51,075 bases of DNA from positions 1 to 51,075 of the forward strand of contig JBBTRV010000002.1 of NCBI GenBank assembly GCA_038065035.1, given 5' to 3'. The notes below the pieces were generated by a model. That model was not told the DNA's origin, ran no database searches, and saw only the letters and a program-made list of their open reading frames with translations. The stretch comes from Patescibacteria group bacterium (GTDB taxonomy: Bacteria; Patescibacteriota; Minisyncoccia; UBA6257; UBA9933). How positions within the stretch are numbered: position 1 is the first letter of the stretch; every line of letters begins with the position of its first letter. Below, piece by piece: positions 46,790 through 51,075 of the stretch. The translations under genes and the position numbers were made by a program.

Positions 46790-47243
46790 TTCCTAATTTC
46801 TTTTTAATTAATTCTACTATTAAGGCCGATTCCGCTCTTCCTTTTAATTTTTTGGCCGCCGCCGCCATTACCCGACTGAAATCTTTTTGGGAAAACGCTC
46901 CAGTTGCTTCAATCGCTTCCATCACTATTTTTTCAATTTCTTCAGAACCGGCTTGGACCGGTAAATAATTCTGGATAATTGAAATCTCTTTTAATTCTTT
47001 ATCGGTCAAATCCTTTCTTCCGGCATTAGAATATATCTGAACCGCTTCTTTTCTTTTTTTTATTTCCTTAAATAAAATTTCAACTATTTCTTCATCTGAT
47101 AATTTTGGATTTTCACCCTTTCCTCTTTTTTCTATTTCTTTGTTTTTAAATACGGCAATCATCATGCGTAAAACGCCTACACAAAAAACATCTCCTTCCT
47201 TAATGGCGTTTTTTACATCTTGATTTATTTTTTCTAATAGCAT
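46782..47243 (-). CDS. GatB/YqeY domain protein
   Basis: IKKRKEAVQIY, GRKDL, YLPVQ, LKGRAE. Confidence 0.9.
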   Translation of the reverse strand: MLLEKINQDVKNAIKEGDVFCVGVLRMMIAVFKNKEIEKRGKGENPKLSDEEIVEILFKEIKKRKEAVQIYSNAGRKDLTDKELKEISIIQNYLPVQAGSEEIEKIVMEAIEATGAFSQKDFSRVMAAAAKKLKGRAESALIVELIKKKLGNE

Positions 47244-47352
47244 AATTGATTAAAAATAAACGCCGAAACGCGTTATTGCCGCTATTCAAAAACCAAAAAC
47301 TGTCATCAACAAACTGCGCGAAAAAGCATTAGTCGTAAAAAACTACGTTTTA

Positions 47353-47556
47353 TCATTTTTTTTTCGCGCTGACAAATTCTTTTTTCTTCTTGGCGCGATA
47401 TATGGCCGAAACTCTTCTGGCACGACGGCTCACCTTCCTTTTTCGATAACGCCTTTTCTTAGCTTCCAGCAAAACGCCGCTTTGTTTCATTTTCGTGGAA
47501 AAACGGTGTAAAAACGCTCCGACCGATTCTCCTTCTTTTCTTTTTACTTCAATCAT
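47353..47556 (-). CDS. rpsU: 30S ribosomal protein S21
   Basis: IEVKRKEGES...LHRF...SGVLLEAKKRRY; rpsU-yqeY synteny. Confidence 0.85.
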   Translation of the reverse strand: MIEVKRKEGESVGAFLHRFSTKMKQSGVLLEAKKRRYRKRKVSRRARRVSAIYRAKKKKEFVSAKKK

Positions 47557-47570
47557 TTATTGCGTTTAAT

Positions 47571-47651
47571 CCTACTAATTTACAAATTTTTACTAATATT
47601 ACTAATAATTTATATCAGTATAATTAATAATTTATTAGTATATTGGTAAGG
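47571..47651. repeat. ~80-bp palindromic TACTAAT-unit element, copy 2
   Basis: Aligns with 15679..15757 with about 6 substitutions and 2 single-base indels. Confidence 0.9.
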
Positions 47652-47655
47652 CTTA

Positions 47656-48063
47656 TTAATGGATTATTTTTTTCTTTATTTCTTCTAATGTTTCTTTTGG
47701 CGGGTTATCGACCACAACGTGGATTGAACCGCCTTTATCGCCATGCCACCTCGGCATTACATGAATGTGAAGATGGTCAATGGCTTGTCCGCTCACTTTA
47801 CCATGATTAATTCCTATTGTAAATCCATCCGGCTTTAACGATTTGCTTAAAATCGCGACAACCTTTTTTACCGCCTTAAAAACATCTCCTATTTCTTTAT
47901 CCGTTAAATCTAAAATGTTTTCCGCATGGTTTTTCGGTAAAATCATCGTGTGGCCAGTGGTTTTCGGATGAACATCTAAAATAGCCATTGACATATTATC
48001 TTCATAAATTATCTCCGCTGATATTTCTTTTTTTATAATTTTACAGAATAAACAATTCTCCAT
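47656..48063 (-). CDS. HIT-family hydrolase
   Basis: CLFCKII, GHTMILPK, HLHIHVMPR. Confidence 0.93.
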   Translation of the reverse strand: MENCLFCKIIKKEISAEIIYEDNMSMAILDVHPKTTGHTMILPKNHAENILDLTDKEIGDVFKAVKKVVAILSKSLKPDGFTIGINHGKVSGQAIDHLHIHVMPRWHGDKGGSIHVVVDNPPKETLEEIKKKIIH

Positions 48064-48078
48064 AAATTACGTTGAAGT

Positions 48079-49389
48079 TTAATGAAATTTTTTTCTAACT
48101 TCTTCTACCACTCTTTTAACCGGAACCGCTTCCTGATTGCCAGTTTCCATATTCCTTATTATCACCGATTCTTCGAAAACTTCTTTCTGGCCGATAATCA
48201 AAGTCAATAAAACTTTCGCCTTGTCGGCGGCGCGCAATTGGGATTTTAAAGATTCCTTGCCAAGAGATTCAATCGCTTTAATTCCCGCTTTTCGCAATTC
48301 TTCAAAAATAACGAAATTTCTTTTTTTAGCTTCTTCGCCGATATGAATTAAAAATATTTTAGCTCCGCTTCTCGACAAAGGAGCGATTTCCTGCTGTTTC
48401 ATCAGTTCAACCACTCTGTCGATTCCGACTCCTCCGCCAACACTGTTCGTCTTTTGCCGATAAAGCATTTCCGCGAGATAATCATATCTACCGCCTCCGC
48501 CAACCGCTATATTAAAATTTTCCGTCTCGGAAAAAAACTCAAAAACGGTTCTATTATAATAATCCAGCCCTCTTACCAAAAAAGGATTAAGCGAATAAGG
48601 AATTGAGACAATATCAAGATATTCAATAGTGCCTTTAAAATGTTTTCTGCAAGAAACGCAAAGTTTGTCAATAATCAAAGGCGCTTCCGCTTTAACAGGC
48701 TGGCAAATTTCATTTTTGCAATCAAGCAGCCGGAGCGGCTTGAACGGCAGCCTTCTTAAACAATCCTTGCAAATCTTATCTTTTTTCGTTCTGTAATATT
48801 CCTGAAGCTTTTTTGCGTAAGCTACGCGGCATTGCCGGCAGCCGATACTATTAATATGAACGATAAGATTTTTGATTTTAAGTTCTTCTAAAAACCTAAA
48901 TGGCGCAAGAATCGCCAACGCGTCAAAATAAGGTTCTTCTTCTCCGCCTATTATCTCAAACCCAACTTGTTCATGCTGACGATAACGGCCGGCCTGCGGC
49001 TGTTCATGGCGAAAAAGCGGCCCTGAATAAAAAAGTCTTAATGGCTGTCCAAGCCTTGAAAGATTATGTTGAAAATAAGCGCGCATCACCGGAGCCGTCA
49101 TTTCCGGCCGCAACACTAGTTTATCGCCGCCTCTTGCTTTTACAAAATACATCTGTTTTTCAACAATATCGGTTGCTTCTCCGGTACGCTCAAAAACCTC
49201 CGCGGATTCAATTATTGGCGTATCAATCCTTAAAAAATCATAGGATTCGGCGATTTTTCCAGCTGCCCTGCGCGCTTTTTCCCAATAAAGCTGATCATCA
49301 GGCAAGATATCATGCATCCCCTTAAGGCTCTGAAGCGACACTTTCTCTTTTCCTCTTTTAACGCTTTTCTTTTTTATATGTTTAGGCAC
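48079..49389 (-). CDS. hisS: Histidine--tRNA ligase
   Basis: LRPEMTA, FRHEQPQAGRYRQ, LVRGLDYY, GGGRYD; GTG start. Confidence 0.97.
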   Translation of the reverse strand: MPKHIKKKSVKRGKEKVSLQSLKGMHDILPDDQLYWEKARRAAGKIAESYDFLRIDTPIIESAEVFERTGEATDIVEKQMYFVKARGGDKLVLRPEMTAPVMRAYFQHNLSRLGQPLRLFYSGPLFRHEQPQAGRYRQHEQVGFEIIGGEEEPYFDALAILAPFRFLEELKIKNLIVHINSIGCRQCRVAYAKKLQEYYRTKKDKICKDCLRRLPFKPLRLLDCKNEICQPVKAEAPLIIDKLCVSCRKHFKGTIEYLDIVSIPYSLNPFLVRGLDYYNRTVFEFFSETENFNIAVGGGGRYDYLAEMLYRQKTNSVGGGVGIDRVVELMKQQEIAPLSRSGAKIFLIHIGEEAKKRNFVIFEELRKAGIKAIESLGKESLKSQLRAADKAKVLLTLIIGQKEVFEESVIIRNMETGNQEAVPVKRVVEEVRKKFH

Positions 49390-49404
49390 GATAAATTCAA
49401 AAAT

Positions 49405-49956
49405 TTAATACTCCGGTTTTTCTACTGCCATTGCTTTTGCGAACGGCCAAAGTCTTAAACGAACGGCTCCGATAATCTCACCTTCTTTTACTGCCCCCCA
49501 GCTTCTTGAATCAAAACTAAAATCGCGATTATCTCCCAAAACAAAATATTCATTTTCGCCAACTTTTATTTTTTCCTTAGCGCTGGTTGTTTCTTCGTAA
49601 AAAGGAAGATAGTTTTCCGTCAAAATCATTCCTTTTGGAGAATCTTCGTTAAAAACCGTTATCTTTCCTCCTTTAAATTCCAGTTCCTCTCCCGGCAAGC
49701 CGATTATTCTTTTAATATAATAATATTTCTCGTCGTTTGGATAATGGAAAACTATAACTTCGCCGCGTTCGGGCTCGCGGAAACGGTAAGAAAGCTCGTC
49801 TATGAGCAAATAATCGCCGTTATGGAAATTCGGCTCCATTGAAGCGCCGCTCACCAAAAATGGCTGGACCAAAAAAGTGCGGATGATTAAAACGGAAACT
49901 ATGGCGATTAAAGCCACTTCGATTGTTTCCCAAATGACGTAAAAAAAGGATTTCAT
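49405..49956 (-). CDS. lepB: Signal peptidase I
   Basis: SGASMEP, YIKRIIGLPGE, GDNRDFSFDSR. Confidence 0.95.
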   Translation of the reverse strand: MKSFFYVIWETIEVALIAIVSVLIIRTFLVQPFLVSGASMEPNFHNGDYLLIDELSYRFREPERGEVIVFHYPNDEKYYYIKRIIGLPGEELEFKGGKITVFNEDSPKGMILTENYLPFYEETTSAKEKIKVGENEYFVLGDNRDFSFDSRSWGAVKEGEIIGAVRLRLWPFAKAMAVEKPEY

Positions 49957-49986
49957 TTGATTGTTTTTGTATTATAATAGGATTAT

Positions 49987-50574
49987 ATGAAATTGCAAGA
50001 TATAAGATTAATCGTCGGATTAGGCAATCCGGGAAAAGAATATGAAAAAACCTACCATAACGCGGGATTTTTGTTTATAGAATATATAATTAATAAAAAT
50101 CCCGCTAAAATCAAAAATCAAAAATCAAAAATCAAAAATTTTGAATTTATTAAAACTGACGGATTAATATTCATAAAATCACTTACTTTTATGAACGAAT
50201 CAGGAATAGCCGTAAAAGAAGTAATGAAATATTTTAAGGTAAACCTGGAGGAAATTTTAATTGTTCACGACGATTCCGATATTGAACTTGGCAATTACAA
50301 ACTTTCTTTTGGCCGGGGAAGCGCCGGGCACAATGGCGTGGAATCAATAATAAGAGCGCTGAAAACAAAAAATTTCTGGCGGTTGCGCATCGGCATTGGA
50401 AAAGTATCAAGTATCAAGTTTCAAGTATCAAAGGAAAAAGCAGGCTTGCCCGCCGAAGCTTACCGAGCAAAGGCGGGCGATTTTGTATTAAAAAAAATTA
50501 GTAAAAAAGATCTGGAAATACTAAATCAAATTTTTACAAAATCTGCCCAAAAACTTCCTATAAAAAATTCCTGA
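49987..50574 (+). CDS. pth: Peptidyl-tRNA hydrolase
   Basis: VGLGNPG, HNAGF, FMNESG, VHDD, GHNGV, RLRIGIG. Confidence 0.96.
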   Translation: MKLQDIRLIVGLGNPGKEYEKTYHNAGFLFIEYIINKNPAKIKNQKSKIKNFEFIKTDGLIFIKSLTFMNESGIAVKEVMKYFKVNLEEILIVHDDSDIELGNYKLSFGRGSAGHNGVESIIRALKTKNFWRLRIGIGKVSSIKFQVSKEKAGLPAEAYRAKAGDFVLKKISKKDLEILNQIFTKSAQKLPIKNS

Positions 50575-50595
50575 AATATTTCAGGAATTTTTTAT
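50560..50595. terminator. Perfect 36-bp palindrome, probable bidirectional terminator
   Basis: ATAAAAAATTCCTGAAAT/ATTTCAGGAATTTTTTAT overlapping the pth stop, between convergent units. Confidence 0.75.
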
Positions 50596-50737
50596 TTATT
50601 TGTGCCGCGGTGATGAATTGTCCCGCACAAATTGCTTCGCAATTTAACGGGGTTACTGTTTGTAGCCGAAATTTTTTCGCTTCACTCAAAATTTCGGACA
50701 AACAAGGAAAACACCCGTCGATAATCTCTTAAATTTG

Positions 50738-50809
50738 TGCCGGACCCCAGAATCGAACTGAGTACGCCTTCCTCTTCAGGGAAGCGCTCTGCCAATGAGC
50801 TAGTCCGGC
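50738..50809 (-). tRNA. tRNA-Phe(GAA)
   Basis: GCCGGAC/GTCCGGC, CTTCC-CTGAAGA-GGAAG. Confidence 0.93.
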
Positions 50810-50878
50810 TTATTTAATTTTTTATATCATAACAAAATTTATATTTCTTTCAATAACTAAATAAATCAGAAAATTATA

Positions 50879-50950
50879 TGCCCCCGCGGGGAATCGAACC
50901 TCGATCTACTCCTTAGAAGGGAGTCGTTCTATCCATTGAACTACGGGGAC
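50879..50950 (-). tRNA. tRNA-Arg(TCT)
   Basis: ACTCC-CTTCTAA-GGAGT, GGTTCGATTCC. Confidence 0.93.
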
Positions 50951-50980
50951 GAAATCAAAAATAGAATAACAAAAATCGCC

Positions 50981-51009
50981 TTGCAAGTAAATCCCCGGCG
51001 TAGTACTAT
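50981..51009 (+). promoter_or_regulatory. Sigma70-like promoter of tRNA-Pro
   Basis: TTGCAA-N17-TACTAT. Confidence 0.6.
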
Positions 51010-51022
51010 AAAAAAATCTTAA

Positions 51023-51075
51023 CGGGCTGTAGTATACCGGCAGTATACATGTTTTGGGAACATGAGGACTGGGTT
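51023..51075 (+). tRNA. tRNA-Pro(TGG), truncated by window end
   Basis: CGGGCTG start, CATGT-TTTGGGA-ACATG, begins T-arm GGGTT. Confidence 0.88.

Noticed and set aside
47244-47352. Possible small ORF or ncRNA between rpsU and yqeY
   Set aside because: Only very short ORFs and weak hairpins; insufficient support
624-49325. Many short antisense or off-frame ORFs (e.g. 4143..4484, 13248..13574, 42991..43395, 48900..49325)
   Set aside because: Shadows of well-supported genes, with no recognisable motifs
127-50574. Alternative genetic code (TGA=Gly) as in some CPR lineages
   Set aside because: TGA ends VKOR, rpsU and pth at expected positions, and long genes have no in-frame TGA

Overview
AT-rich bacterial chromosome segment using genetic code 11 (TGA serves as stop). 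Gene content and order point to a Patescibacteria/CPR (Parcubacteria-like) genome; this is inference. It carries mostly minus-strand housekeeping genes (VKOR-DsbA, FKBP, htpX, rseP, frr, holB, mreB, murA, rpsL-rpsG-fusA-rplM-rpsI, secDF, leuS, class II RNR, ftsZ/ftsA, ybeY, yqeY, rpsU, hit, hisS, lepB, pth), a type IV pilus cluster with two PilB ATPases, a split sensor/kinase/receiver set, nine tRNAs and one decayed IS remnant. No CRISPR array, rRNA or prophage was seen. The most striking unexplained signal is a dense layer of small repeat elements. First, 7-9-nt-period tandem microrepeats form inverted arms in intergenic gaps and also sit in frame inside conserved proteins (LeuS, Pth, YbeY, SecF, SecD, HolB). 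Second, short GC-rich REP-like palindromes are inserted in frame in leuS, pth, fusA and ftsZ. Third, there are MITE-like ATCCC...GGGAT elements. One heptamer inverted repeat appears to form two mirror-image divergent promoters. A candidate -1 frameshift gene and an unannotated 49-aa membrane protein were also found. All calls were made by eye, without searches.
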